64,000 nt of DNA from Paecilomyces variotii. Its lineage: Eukaryota. The DNA lies in assembly GCA_004022145.1 (NCBI GenBank), contig RCNU01000005.1. The stretch is one strand, 5' to 3'. Of this stretch, positions 12,179-24,360 are shown in pieces. The notes under the pieces are model-generated. The model ran no database searches and had not been told where the DNA came from. It saw nothing but the letters and a program-made list of their open reading frames with translations. How positions within the stretch are numbered: the stretch's first letter is position 1; every line of letters starts with the position of its first letter. Made by a program: the position numbers and the translations under genes.

Positions 12179-15100
12179 ATGGCGTCCGGTTATAACCTAG
12201 GGTCCTCGGGGGCACCATCCCAACACCGTGGGGTGGATGGACGGTCATTATCAAGTCATGAAGGCTCTGCTGATGGGAGCTGGACGGAGACGGCCTCGCG
12301 GGGAAACCGAAATGGACGTTCTGGCTCTGGAGGCAGCAGCAGCATCGGTCCGCGAGGTACCTCGCTTACTCCATCCCTCCCTCCACCTGGCAGTTTCAGC
12401 TCGGATTTGAAGAGTATGAGCACGTCGCGGAGTACGACGCCACGACAAGAAGTGTTGTTCCCCAGGCAGGGTAATAATACCATCGAGGAGGATGAGGTTA
12501 CCGGCACAGAAGAACGGCAGGCAGTTCTTAGGGACAAGATTGCAAAAGAAATGAAGATCAAAACAGGCACAGAGAATATGTTGGAGGCATTGCTGGCCAA
12601 GAATCCAAAGCAGACAAAGGACCAGCGAATGAAGGTCGAGTCGGAGTTGAGTTCGGCAAACCGCAAGCTCGCGGAGCTCCATCATGAGCTGGAAGAGGAA
12701 TTGTTGCGTGCACAGGTGCCATCGACACCACCCCGAAATCGTATCTCTACATTATTTCGGGGCAGTCCCCTACGGTCCCCTTCTCGACAGGTGGACGTCG
12801 CCGATGAGGACCAGATAGAGGCTGACGGGGAGACGGAGTCGCCTACGTACGTCCTCTCGGAGACTCTCCAGGCTCTGGAGATCGAGGGGATGTCGCCAGA
12901 TTATTACGTGGAGAGGGCGAATAGCTTGGTGGAACTATTCAGACGATATCCAACGCTTAAATACGATTTGGCATGGTCAGTATTTGGATTGCGGGTGCAG
13001 GTGATGCTCCTGAGCGATAGCAGAGAGGTCATTGCGGCGGGGTACCGATTGACTCGCTATGCCATTGCGGATCGCAAGTCGATCCAGATCATAAGGTCAT
13101 TACACACAGACGAGTTGGTCATGCTTTCTCTTGTCAAAGAATCAAAGGCTAGCATGGAACGCGAGCAGGCCTTGAAATTCGTGAGAGCTTTTCTAGATGT
13201 CAAAGATGGAGTTCGCGAGATATCCCTCGCGGTCCTTAGGACCATCGTCTCTGTCGCGGAGCATCATGAGGACCGCTTGAAGAATATCACCCTGATGACT
13301 CTTGCGGAAATCTTGGTTAAAGACCCAGAGTTGCTCTTCAGCGCCGGTGGCTATGGTCCTCTGAACGACGCCCTTGCTGAAGGGACCTTTGGTGCATCGG
13401 AGAGTCTAATGGCCAGCTTTTTGCACATACTCGATCGACCGCAGAGCAGAAAGTACCTTCGAGGTGGTTGCGAGCTAGAATCGGTCCTCACTCCTTTCAC
13501 TGATTCGATAGCGGATAATATCCGTAATGGACGACTCAAATCTTCTGCAAGAGCCATCTCGGCCATGCTGAAGACCTGGCCAGGATTGCTGACACTGGCC
13601 AAGGATCGAGGCAGACCTCTCCGTTCCCTCCTGGAATCCTTACATTATCCCGATCCCCAGGCTAGGGATCTCATTATGGAGCTTCTGTTCGATGCTTTAC
13701 GTATCAAACCTCCTTCATGGTCGTCGTCTTTCCTAGCTGGCAGAAGGCTTACCACTTATGGTCGAGTATCCAACCTCAGGTCGGAAACCGACACCAAGCA
13801 ACTGCGTGCCTTCTATGATAAAGAGAGCAACCGGTTTGACCTCACAGCTCATTTCTCGGCTCTCATACTGGCAACCCTGCTGGATGCCGGGCTAGTCACG
13901 GTAATGGACATCGCAGCTCATCTTGCTATTACATTTACTAATCATTCTGCAGGCTCTCTCCGACCTTATTGAAGATGAGACGGACCTATCACTGAAGCGA
14001 AAGGCTACCTTGCTCCTCACCGAAGTCCTTAAACTTGCGCATCACTCGCTCCCTCGGTCGATCAGCGCTGGCCTCCAAGTACTTCCCCATCTACTTCCGG
14101 CTGCTGTCAACTTCAACTCCGACAAGCATGACATTTCCACATCAACTATCTACCAGATAGAAAGTATCAACCGCACTCTCACCAAGTCCGGCGGTTTCTC
14201 GACAGAGTCGGGCAGATATGCTGTGGATGCAGATATATCAGCTTCGCTGCTGTCGGGGGAACAGGCTAAAAATAAGCTGAGTGCCACAATGGACGAAACG
14301 CAGTTCCGCAATTTGATTCTAGAGACCCACGTCCTGAATACGGTCAACTACGTTAAATGGAAGTGGGATTTGATCCACCGTATCGTCGAAGGCCCCCTCA
14401 CGAATCCGAAAAGACTAGACGAGGCTATCAAAGGATCCAAGTTCATGAAGCGGCTAATTGGATTCTATCGACCCTTCAAATATAGGTTCTCCATGATTCC
14501 AAACACAAAGCCCAATTTGCGTTACATACGGACGGGCTGTGCTCTAATGCGGACGCTAGTGCAGAGCGCGGAAGGATCGAAATATCTGGCCGAAAATAAG
14601 TTGTTGAGGCAAATCGCGGAATGCCTAGCTCAAGTGGATCGAATGAGCGGATTGACTTCGTCTTCGCCGTTATTTTCAAGGGATCAGATGTCAAATACAC
14701 TGAGCGGTGGCTATTTCGCTTTACTGGGAACTCTAAGTTCCGATAGCAACGGACTGGCCATGATGGAGAGATGGCACATGCATAACATGTTCTATCATAT
14801 AATAGAACTGAAGGATCGAAACGACTTGATCCAAGCGCTCCTTGGAAATATGGACTTCAGCCTTGAGAGCCACCTCAGAGTCATATTATCCAAGGCCCTT
14901 ACCACATGCTCGAAGGATATCCGTATCTTTGCAACCAGGTTCCTCCGGAAATATGCCGTAGGCAATTCCTCACTTTCACCAAGCGGTACGGGAATAGGAA
15001 ATGCCGACTGGGTCGTGAAACTGCTCGTTACGCAGCTCTATGATCCAGATGTTGCGGTTTGCCAGGTTGCCGTCAAGATTCTTGAGGAGGCTTGCAATCA

Positions 15101-16275
15101 GCGCGACTATCTTGAGTACGTAGTCAGATGTCGACCTTCTCTCGACCATCTTGGCGAAATCGGTGCACCTCTCCTTCTGCGCTTCCTTTCAACCTCTGTA
15201 GGATATCACTACCTTGACGGTCTTGATTACATTACCCAGGAAATGGACGACTGGTTTCTGGGTCGAAACGATGCTTACGTGGGGCTTGTTGAGGCCTCCT
15301 TATCCCGAGCTTACGTCGACCAGCCTCGCAGGAACAGCTTTGTAGGTGACGATCTCGTTGAAATGCAAGACATCGGTCTTCTTCCCCCTCATTTCTATAG
15401 GGAACTTGCTCGCACCACTGAGGGCTGCAGGCTCTTGGAGCAGTCTGGGCATTTCAACGAATTTGCATCCACGATACGAGATTTCGAGTTGACAGAAGAG
15501 GACCCCGAGCTGCTGCTGAAAGTAAAAGGCTGTCTCTGGGCGGTGGGTAACGTCGGATCGATGGAGCTGGGAGCATCCTTCCTCGAAGAAACGGATATCG
15601 TAAAGGATATTGTCAAGATTGCTGAAGAAGCAGAGGTCTTGACCATGCGAGGAACAGCATTCTTTGTCCTTGGACTGATATCCAGGAGCCGACATGGACT
15701 GGAGATGCTTATAGAGAACGGATGGGATTCTGCGGTGGACCAGAAAGGAGATTCCTTGGGACAATGCCTGCCTATGGACTTGAGCAAGCTGTATACTGTG
15801 AGTCACGTTCAACGGGCGTTTGAAGAATCGTTGTTGATCCGGTTATACCAGATATCTTTCCCTAAACTTCCTCGGAATTCGCAATTTAGACGTGTTTCTC
15901 GAGAGTTGTTCAAGGCAGCGACAACGGACTCGAATCCACTGAACGAAAAGATTTTGAAATCTATAGTGGATATGGGTAACACCGTGCTGTCTAAACGAGC
16001 TGCCACCGAGCTTCAGAGGTGAGTTGAAACCATCCCAGCGCTCTCTATATGAAATGTCGGATCTAACAGTACATCTTTGTAGCCTGAAAACAAAGCATCC
16101 TGAATGTTTCCGCCAGGTCGCCCTTTTCCGAAAGACCCTTATGATCCTGGAAAGTCATCACTACCGGCTCCCGGCCAGACGCTTTGCTCTAGACCTCTTT
16201 GACAAGAGCGTGATGAGGCGGGTCGTCCTTGAAGAAGATACAGATAGCGACTCTGACAGCTCTATGTCGCAGTAA
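12179..16275 (+). CDS. AVO3: TORC2 subunit Rictor/Avo3/Ste20 (HR1 + RICTOR domains), 4 exons
   Basis: HR1-like LRDKIAKEMKIKTGTENML; RICTOR_N motif WSSSFLAGRRLTTYGR; PPHFYRELARTTEGC; LKVKGCLWAVGNVGS. Introns at ~13901-13952, ~15798-15851 and ~16019-16082. Confidence 0.93.
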
Positions 16276-17376
16276 GGGTTGTTGCCTCCGTCCTTTTTTT
16301 GGCATTTCTATTGATAGTTCACCTCGGTTGCATGACTCAAACCGTTGTTTGATGAGTTCTGACACATATACCCTGATTTCGTGTTCTCTTTTCGGTCTGC
16401 CATATTTAGCGGTATCTCTTACCCCCAGTTCCGTATAACGTCGAGATTACCCCTGCGCTACATCCTATTTTGGCGCCATGGCGATGTCGTATTTTGAGGT
16501 GATGGATACCCCCGTGCTTTCCACCTCTATTTCCCCCCTTCGCACCTCATGTTCCTTTTTACCATGGTGCGATATGAAATGGTATATGTTGCAAGCGTTG
16601 TTGCCGTGTTTTATGTGCTCGCCTCTTCTGTGTTTTGATTGGTGTCTTGGTGCTTGCTTATCAAAGAAAACTGAACGGGTGGGACAGGAGGTGGAGTTTA
16701 TTTTTTTATCGCGAAAGGAGAGAAAAAGTATTCTGCGCGCCTGGGGTTGTTGTCATTGATGGCTGGTTTGAACAGATGTAACGGTTGCATATTGCGTGAA
16801 ACACGAGAATTCAAAGGGATCAGTTACCTATATTCAGCGAGAAATTAGCAATTTTGGCATATCATCAGAATCAGTCGATTTCAGTAAGAGCGCTCATGAG
16901 AAGTAAATGATAGGTCTTGACCTTGTTGTATATATTCAAGAACACATATATATTCAAGAACGTGATAGCTTCTCTAGTGCAATGCATGCAGCTAACCAGA
17001 TCCACCTTCCTTGCCGATCAATAGTTCTTTTCAAATGACAAACAGAATTTCTTATTCAATTGTTGAATAAACTATTCTACTTATTGTTATTGTAATCTGA
17101 TCTGTTTGTATTCAGACCATTTAGTAGTTAGCTCCGCACTGTCATCCGCGGGTAGTCTAACTAAGTATTTACATAACAGCCGCGGATCTTCTTACCGTAT
17201 GCCGATGCCGCTCTCTCTATTTCGCGAACAAGCAAGCTACATATGACCATTACTATTACAATCGCATCGCATCGCAGCAATATTTATCCCTGGTGGAAAA
17301 GTGGCATTTTTGTATATTATTAACCAACTCTCTATCCTTTCTAATTCGCGAGCGAGTTGCGCTTTTTTCTTTTCTT

Positions 17377-19115
17377 ATGTCGGCGCAAGATTCCAACGCC
17401 TCGGACTTTCCGCCTACCTCCGCAGCGCGAGATGATGTTAGAGACGACGACAACGTCACAGCTCAGAGTAGCTCGCCCACGCCAGACTCGACGATACGGA
17501 CGGATGTATTAGATCCTTATATCAATCCTGCTGCTATTGTACGGTTAATTCAGTGTCCGCGATGCAATCTGCCCTTACGGAACCCGCTCCGATTGCCGTG
17601 CGGAAAGACACATTGTCGATCATGTCTGCCGCCGGTGTGGAAGCGGCCGAGAATCACATATCCGGTTGATGAGGGTCGAGAGGATGGGTTCACGTGTTGG
17701 TGGTGCGAGAGCGAACATGCGCTGGGCGATTGTGGCGTGGATGTCTTAGCTGCGAAGGTTGTCGAGCTGTTTCGATCGGTGCTGGAGGGGGAACATGCTG
17801 CTGGTCAGTATGGCGGAGGGGAAAACAGAGTCGTTGTTCGGTGGAGACAACCTGGTGTAACTGGCAAAGAGGAAGATGATATTCCGGAGGAAGCTGTTGT
17901 TGACGGAAGTCGTTTGCGCGGTACCTATATGCTGGTAAAGGAAGGGCGACTCAAGCACGAAGCTCTCGGTGTGACTTACGAGCCGGATGGGGAGTTCGAT
18001 GAATCCGAGAAGGCGGTATTGGAAAAGATCAAGGACGTTACGAGGAACGAGCTTGATTGCCAAGTATGCTATTGTCTCATTCTGGATCCGTTGACGACTC
18101 CTTGCGGACATACGTTCTGTCGAAAGTGCCTGGCTCGGATCCTAGATCATTCCAATCTCTGTCCGATTTGTCGAAGAAAGATCAGCATGCCACCAGCAGT
18201 GAGTTCTGAGCCTGTCAATGGGTTGTTATCGCGTCTCTTGGATACGTTTTTTGAAAATCAAGTTTCTGCACGAAGAGAAGCTGCCGCGAGAGACGAGGTT
18301 GGTCTCAATGATGGCAGAGCTTTGCCCTTATTTGTCTGTACCCTTTCCTTTCCGACGATGCCGACTTTCTTGCATATTTTCGAGCCTAGATATCGTCTCA
18401 TGATTCGACGAGCGCTGGAAAATGGTGGGCGGAAGTTTGGTATGGTTGCCTTTAACCATTCCGGATCGCCTCAAGGGGAACTGGGGAGAAGCCAATTCAT
18501 GCAGTACGGCACTGTCCTTGTGATTGATAGGTTTGAGCTGCTTCCCGATGGCAGAAGCCTTGTTTCCGCAGTCGGTGTATCTAGATTCAAGGTGCTAGAA
18601 TACGCTCTCGTGGATGGGTATTACGTTGGAATAACTGAGCGTGTCGATGATGTCTCGTTAGCTGAGGAAGAAAGGATCGAATCAACAGAAACTGCCGCAG
18701 CAGCAGTCACTATGCCCATCCCAGAAGAAGGCGGTACTGCTGAAGTGCCCCTCGAGTCTCTCTCCACCCAGCAACTGTTGCAGATTGGTCTGGACTTTGT
18801 GGACAAACGGCGTGCCGATTCTGCACCATGGCTGCATCGCCGTATTCTAACTGCCTATGGTGATGTGCCGACAGATGCAGCGCGGTTCGCCTGGTGGCTT
18901 GCCAGCATCCTCCCTATTCCAGAGGAAGAGAGATACTCTCTACTTCCTACAACGAGCGTGAGAGAACGCCTGAAGATCACAGCTCGCTGGGTAAAGAAGC
19001 TGGAAACCATCACGGACTGGTAGGTTCCTAAAATCTCCATTATATCCCGCACTGTTCTGACAGCACAACTCCTGCACGAAGGTCAACGAGCACTTCAGCA
19101 TGTGCGGTCTTATGA
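17377..19115 (+). CDS. crgA: CrgA-like RING finger / LON-substrate-binding domain protein (LONRF family) ending in CaaX (CAVL)
   Basis: Two RING motifs (CPRC..LPCGKTHCRSC and CQVC..TPCGHTFCRKC..CPIC) and LON_N LPLFVCTLSFPTMPTFLHIFEPRYRLMIRR. Intron 19020-19081 (GTAGGT..CTGAC..AAG) gives a last exon WSTSTSACAVL*. Confidence 0.88.
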
Positions 19116-19493
19116 CTAGCCGTCCCTCTGCTCCTCTTAGTGATCCTCCCTCTCATTATCGGCCCCTTTACGGCCTCATTCTCCTCTGCTTCTGCGAGGG
19201 TCTCAACTTCTCTTCTCCCCTTCGGTTTCTCCGTCTCTTTCTCATTTGGGCCAAATATCGTGCCGCCTGAGGGCAGTCGTCGCCGCGTTATTCAGCCTGC
19301 CTCTCGGCAGACGGCGACCTATATTCCCCAGACAATAGTCTTGGGAGCCCTCACCCTTCTGTTTGTGGCACGTCTAGCGACCAATGTGGCTCTGGTGAGG
19401 CGGTCGAGGCAACAAAGGCACGATGAGAGAAGACACAGAGTGGTCATTGTAACGGACCGCAGTGGGAATAGAACAGTGAGACGGACGGGTTAA
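19116..19493 (+). other. Putative stop-codon readthrough extension of crgA (125 codons, two hydrophobic segments)
   Basis: In frame with the crgA TGA, context TGA CTA G, no in-frame ATG. Encodes LAVPLLLLVILPLIIGPF and TIVLGALTLLFVARLATNVALV followed by a basic tail. Confidence 0.6.
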
Positions 19494-19941
19494 AGTGGTC
19501 GGGCAGAGGGACGTCGGGTGCAGCCATCTGATCTGAATCCTGAGTAGATTTTCCTGTTCAAAAGTGGAAATGCCCAGCCTGGTATGCCTTTGTTGATAGC
19601 CGGCAAATTGCGCTCTGTGAAGCAAAAAGTCGCGGGTTGTTGGCTAGTTCCCAATATATGCAAGAACTCCAGCTATTCAGTCAGTGAATTTCTGGCTGCT
19701 GTGAAGGAAATGGTGGGTGGGCTTCCCGGTGTGTCCTGCTATAACACCGTCCTCCCCTGAAGGATCCCCCTTATTCATCTCTCCTCACATCTTATCCTTC
19801 GCTGCTGCTGATGTTTAAGCATCACAAAGTTGCTTCATCACCAGGCAAATTCAGGTACCACAGACTGGCCATCCCAGTATCTCGCAGGCTTTCCTTCTCC
19901 TTCTCTCTTTTCGCACGCTTCTGCATATAAGTAAGCGCAAC

Positions 19942-21945
19942 ATGCAGTCACAACTGTCAGAACTATCGAACGCGGTTGGGCACCATCCATATGGGCGCCT
20001 CACTCAGGATTTCCTAGGCAGATTTCCTAAGTCACCACTCCTTAAGGAGGCGGATGTGCCATATGTTGTGGCGCTGGGTAAGAAAGGATGTGGGAAAAGC
20101 TCACTTCTGAGAGCACTGTCAGGCATTCCGTTTCCTACTGGGCTAGATGGTACCGTTATTGCGACAGAAATCGTTCTGCGACAATCCGACTCACGGTCCA
20201 GACATATGACTATGATCTTTCTTACGTCGGAAGTTAGATCAAAGGCACCTCCTGCCATCAGGTTGGAACTCGAGGAGGATTTCGATATCCCGATGCTTAT
20301 TCAGAACGCTGAGACGCAAGCGCGAGATCTCAGAGCATGGGTCACAGGCGAACATATCCTGAGAATCGAAATGTGTGGCTTTGGCCTACCACACATCGCA
20401 TTCGTTGATCTCCCAGGAAAGACCGGTGATTCGATAAAGGACGCCATTGTTGATAAGCTGATGCAGCGATACGTGTCGAATGAGGGCACAGTCGTACTCA
20501 ATGCCATCCCTGGGAGTGACGTCCCCATTGACGTCGATGCCTCTGGACTTCCTCCCAATCGTACGATCAACGTTATCGTCAAACCAGAGACAGTGGATCC
20601 CCAAATATCCCTTGACTATCTGAGATCTCTCTTCGCAAAGCGGCGTACGTCTCATGGCTCACTGAGTTGGCATATTGTGCCTTCCCCAATTGCATCGTCC
20701 ACCGACATATCTTCCATCGTTTGGACTCCGCCGTGGAACTGTCTGCAAAGAATTGACATGGGATTTGAGTCATTGAGGGTCAAACTTCTAGACCTGTGTG
20801 AAGCTCAGTTCCTAACCAGTTTCCCCAGACTTGCGAAAGAAATTGAAGCAAAAGGGAAACATTACGATAAACAAGCTTATGAATGTGACGAAAGCAAAGC
20901 GCGACAACATCTTACGGGTCTCTGTCGCCGCTTCGAAACGTTGGTGAAAACTTCAATAAATGGCGAATACGAGGATTCTTTCTTTGAGATAGGGGACTTC
21001 AATCTTCGACGGTTGAAACTCACTATCGATGAAACTAAGCACTATCTCCGATCTCGCCTGCAGAGGAGAGCTCAGGAAACAAGGCTGCTGGATGAAAATG
21101 CTCCCTCGTCCTCCATTAGTGACTTCCTCGCAGCGTCGCAAGAAGGAGCAGAGCTTACACAACAATTTGACCTTCTACTCCAGCAAGACTCCAGTCAGCG
21201 CTCGTCAGATCTCGAAGGCAAGGGGCTAGTCGAGAAATTCATTTCTATTCTAACCGCAGACTGGTCATTCATCATCGAAGAGTGCATGTATAGAGCGACA
21301 CAAGGTTGCTTATTTCTCATGCAGGAGATTCTTCAGCACACTACGGTCCCACAGGTTTCAAAAATTCTTGATAGACGTGTTTTAACGCCGGCTTTCAGAT
21401 CGAGGGAGACAGCTGCTCTGGCTAAAGTGCGTGAGCTAGCTGCGTCGCGCTGTCAACCAGAGACTGTCGCAGTAACTCCAGAGTTACAGCGCGAGCTGGA
21501 GAAACTACAAAAATGCCTGGACGGGGCCCATGGACCCGAACACCGAGAAGCCGTCTACTCGAACATTTTATGTTGCTCGCGGCTTTACTTTGGACTCTGT
21601 CTCGAGGCCATCATTGAGAAAGTTGAAAAAGAAGTGATCGAGAAGTGCTTACTAGAGGGACTACCCGAGCTTCTCCTGCAAACAGTGAACGACATTAACA
21701 TTCCTCGAAGCTCTCTACGCCAAATGCTCAGAAAGCACCGAGAAAAATTGACCAGACTGTTCCGCCAGACAGAGTGCAAAGTTGCATATCTCCAGAGCAA
21801 AAGCGATGGATTCCGGACCTGTCCGTCTGAGGAATCACGCGAGGCTGCTGGGCAGCGAGTACTTCTGGGATACCGTCTTAAGGATCCCCCTGTTTACATC
21901 TCCGATCAGTATATGGACTCACAGCTGAAGAGAGGACCGAAATAA
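19942..21945 (+). CDS. Divergent dynamin-family (Mx/DLP-like) GTPase, intronless
   Basis: G1 GKKGCGKSSLLRALSGIPFP, TVIATEIVLR, G3 FVDLPG, G4-like VKPE, and a helical stalk with AIIEKVEKEVIEKCLLEGLPEL. Confidence 0.8.
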   Translation: MQSQLSELSNAVGHHPYGRLTQDFLGRFPKSPLLKEADVPYVVALGKKGCGKSSLLRALSGIPFPTGLDGTVIATEIVLRQSDSRSRHMTMIFLTSEVRSKAPPAIRLELEEDFDIPMLIQNAETQARDLRAWVTGEHILRIEMCGFGLPHIAFVDLPGKTGDSIKDAIVDKLMQRYVSNEGTVVLNAIPGSDVPIDVDASGLPPNRTINVIVKPETVDPQISLDYLRSLFAKRRTSHGSLSWHIVPSPIASSTDISSIVWTPPWNCLQRIDMGFESLRVKLLDLCEAQFLTSFPRLAKEIEAKGKHYDKQAYECDESKARQHLTGLCRRFETLVKTSINGEYEDSFFEIGDFNLRRLKLTIDETKHYLRSRLQRRAQETRLLDENAPSSSISDFLAASQEGAELTQQFDLLLQQDSSQRSSDLEGKGLVEKFISILTADWSFIIEECMYRATQGCLFLMQEILQHTTVPQVSKILDRRVLTPAFRSRETAALAKVRELAASRCQPETVAVTPELQRELEKLQKCLDGAHGPEHREAVYSNILCCSRLYFGLCLEAIIEKVEKEVIEKCLLEGLPELLLQTVNDINIPRSSLRQMLRKHREKLTRLFRQTECKVAYLQSKSDGFRTCPSEESREAAGQRVLLGYRLKDPPVYISDQYMDSQLKRGPK

Positions 21946-23014
21946 AGGCATACTGAAAGTGCTTTGTGGTTATCAATTCCGAGTCTGGCTCGAGTGCAGA
22001 TGGTCTCTTGCATGGAAATCTTGTCCTTTTTCCCTTTTCATTTCATTTTTTCCAGAGTCTCGATTTCATCATAGATCCATTACCTAGTCGCGTTGTGCCT
22101 TTTTTCACAATAACATGTATTCTAGAATAAGCATTAATTCCTCTCACTGGAGCACATCCATCACACTTCTTCGTGTCTAAGTCCAATTAGAAATTATCAA
22201 AAGAAAGATGATATGATAGACTCTAAATGTGCAATATCGCAAGCGGGCTAGATCTTGCATCGTGATAACAGCGTTGAGCCTGTCCTTTGTGAGCCTGTCT
22301 ATTTAGTCCTCGAACACTAATAAATTTAGTATACTTCTTAGGACAATGGAATAGTTGTAGCCTGTTTACAGGGTAGATAATCCAGTAAGTCCTCGGGGAA
22401 GCAAGCAAGACAATTTATCGTATTCGACATATATTAGTTCAAACCATTTCATATATGTAATCCGACACGATCGTTACCGATTGCGGACATATACCATGGT
22501 CGTCACGAAAGATAAAACATCCACGAAGTCGTCTTATTAAAATTTTTATGGCCAGTCTTCTTGAGTCCGTATCCATCCAACGTTGAAGGATGCTACCCGT
22601 CGCGAGGTAATAATAAAGGAATAGAACAGACCGGATAGCTCATGAGAGAAGGAAAAAAAGATGAACAAGCCTGGAAGAAGATTCAATGCCTGTATTAATT
22701 GTACAATGAAAAAGAAGCCTTCCATCTGTGCAGACCCAAGGGTAAGAAAAAGCAAAGAAAGAAGAAACAAAGACAATGAAGAATCGGTTCTTCGTTCCTT
22801 CTTAAAAAGTAAAAACCTCCCTCCGTACGTCCCGACCCGTATTACACCTCCTCCCCAACTTCCGCATTATAAAGAAAAAGTTAGGGTTTCCTCGTCGCTT
22901 CATGATGCAGGTAAATGCTATAGTGATGGTGGTCGAATATCAACCCGGCCAAAAGAGGTCCTGGAAAGAATAGGACTTTCCGAGAGGTGGAGGAAAATAT
23001 ATTTTGATCATCAT

Positions 23015-23865
23015 TTACTTGCGGCCGTATCTCGCCTTACCGAAGGAGAAAGGGACGTAGCGGTACTTGATCATGTGCTGGATCTGTCGTCGCACTGTAA
23101 TGGAGATGTGTTAGTAAATATTCTTGGTTGGATATGGCGCTCTCGTCATTGGACAGATCGGAACAAAAAGCGCGCAGACCATGTATAGAGTAGAAAGGCA
23201 GAAGGACTTACTCGTCAGGAAAAAGAGAACGAGCCAGTAGACCACCAGGACTGGCCAGAACACGGGAATGTCAAAAATCTCGAACCACGAGCAAAGGAAT
23301 CCAATGGCGATGGCAACTGTGGCTTTGTGCCAGAACTTGAATTCTGGGAGGCGACGAATGAACGGACGGAATTCGTCATCGTTCTTGGTGGGAAGGCTGC
23401 TACCAGCATCGCCGTCCTCCAGGCCCTCATCCTGGGTGAGGGACGGGTCGAATCGCGGAGAGAGGAAGGCGAGGAAAAGGTTCAAGAGGTAAATACCGAG
23501 GGTGTATGCGACTGCATAACGTAGATTCAAATTAATATACCGGTCATCCAGAATCTCGGAGAGTATCAACTGCAAATCAAGACCTACCGATATACCACCC
23601 CTGCGCGAAGACAATGCGCAAGAAGAAAATGAACAGGAGTACTCCGGTGCCCACCCACCGATAAGTCGTGTAGGGTGTTGACGCGTCCAGATAAGCTTGG
23701 TATTGCTATTTTCAACTGAGTTAGCCCAATGAGCCATATGATTATCGATACTATCCATGAATCCATGCGAATCTATGGCCTTGAAGGATTGCTCACCCTA
23801 TGAAGTTTGGAGGTTTGTGCAGACACGGCCGTAAACGGCGACTGTTCCGGCTCTGGGACGTCCAT
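23015..23865 (-). CDS. RER1: Golgi-to-ER retrieval receptor Rer1, 4 exons
   Basis: YTLGIYLLNLFLAFLSPRFDP..DEFRPFIRRLPEFKFW..FDIPVFWPVLVVYW..RRQIQHMIKYRYVPFSFGKARYGRK*. Confidence 0.96.
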
Positions 23866-24170
23866 TGTGCAGCACGGGCGGAGTCTTGGGGCTATCGATC
23901 GGTCTCCGAATGAAATATAAATCTCCGGACCTTTCGGTTGCCAGCGCAGGACAAAGAAAAAGGGAAACGGAAGAAGGACACGGCGGGTTCGTCGGGATTG
24001 CGTTGTCGTGCTTCGAGATGGGAAAAGTGTCAAGTTGCTGGTTGGTGGCGCAGCAGCCTCATTTGTGGCTGGTTCATCTAGTATACCTTTTCAGTACTAG
24101 CGCATCCAGGAACCGAGCACGGGATGTGGCTGATGGGAGTATTCCACGTGACATGGCTGGCCGCGGTTTT

Positions 24171-24220
24171 CCTCGGGCCGGTCGGGGTTTGTTGCGGGGA
24201 GAAGTATGGGGGTTCCTCGG
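24171..24220. promoter_or_regulatory. Two CCTCGG (FarA/FarB-type fatty-acid response) elements upstream of echA
   Basis: CCTCGG at 24171-24176 and 24215-24220, 140-190 bp upstream of a beta-oxidation gene. Confidence 0.55.
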
Positions 24221-24360
24221 GCAGTTTATTTCTAATGATGTTTAATAGACAGCTTGTCGTCGTCCGTCCACCCGTCTGGCAATAGATAATATCTAGACCT
24301 CATTATTCCCTATTTTCTGTCTTCCTTACTATCAATTGTCTTGTTCAACAATTGAACGTC

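Noticed and set aside
16930-17070. Short direct repeat TATATTCAAGAAC x2 and palindrome TTATTCAA-TTG-TTGAATAA
   Set aside because: Short and AT-rich in intergenic DNA, compatible with chance or slippage.
19140-19493. Independent 117-aa gene from the ORF track
   Set aside because: It starts at GTG with no ATG, lies 24 nt after the crgA stop and is in the same frame. It is better explained as a readthrough extension or as 3' UTR.
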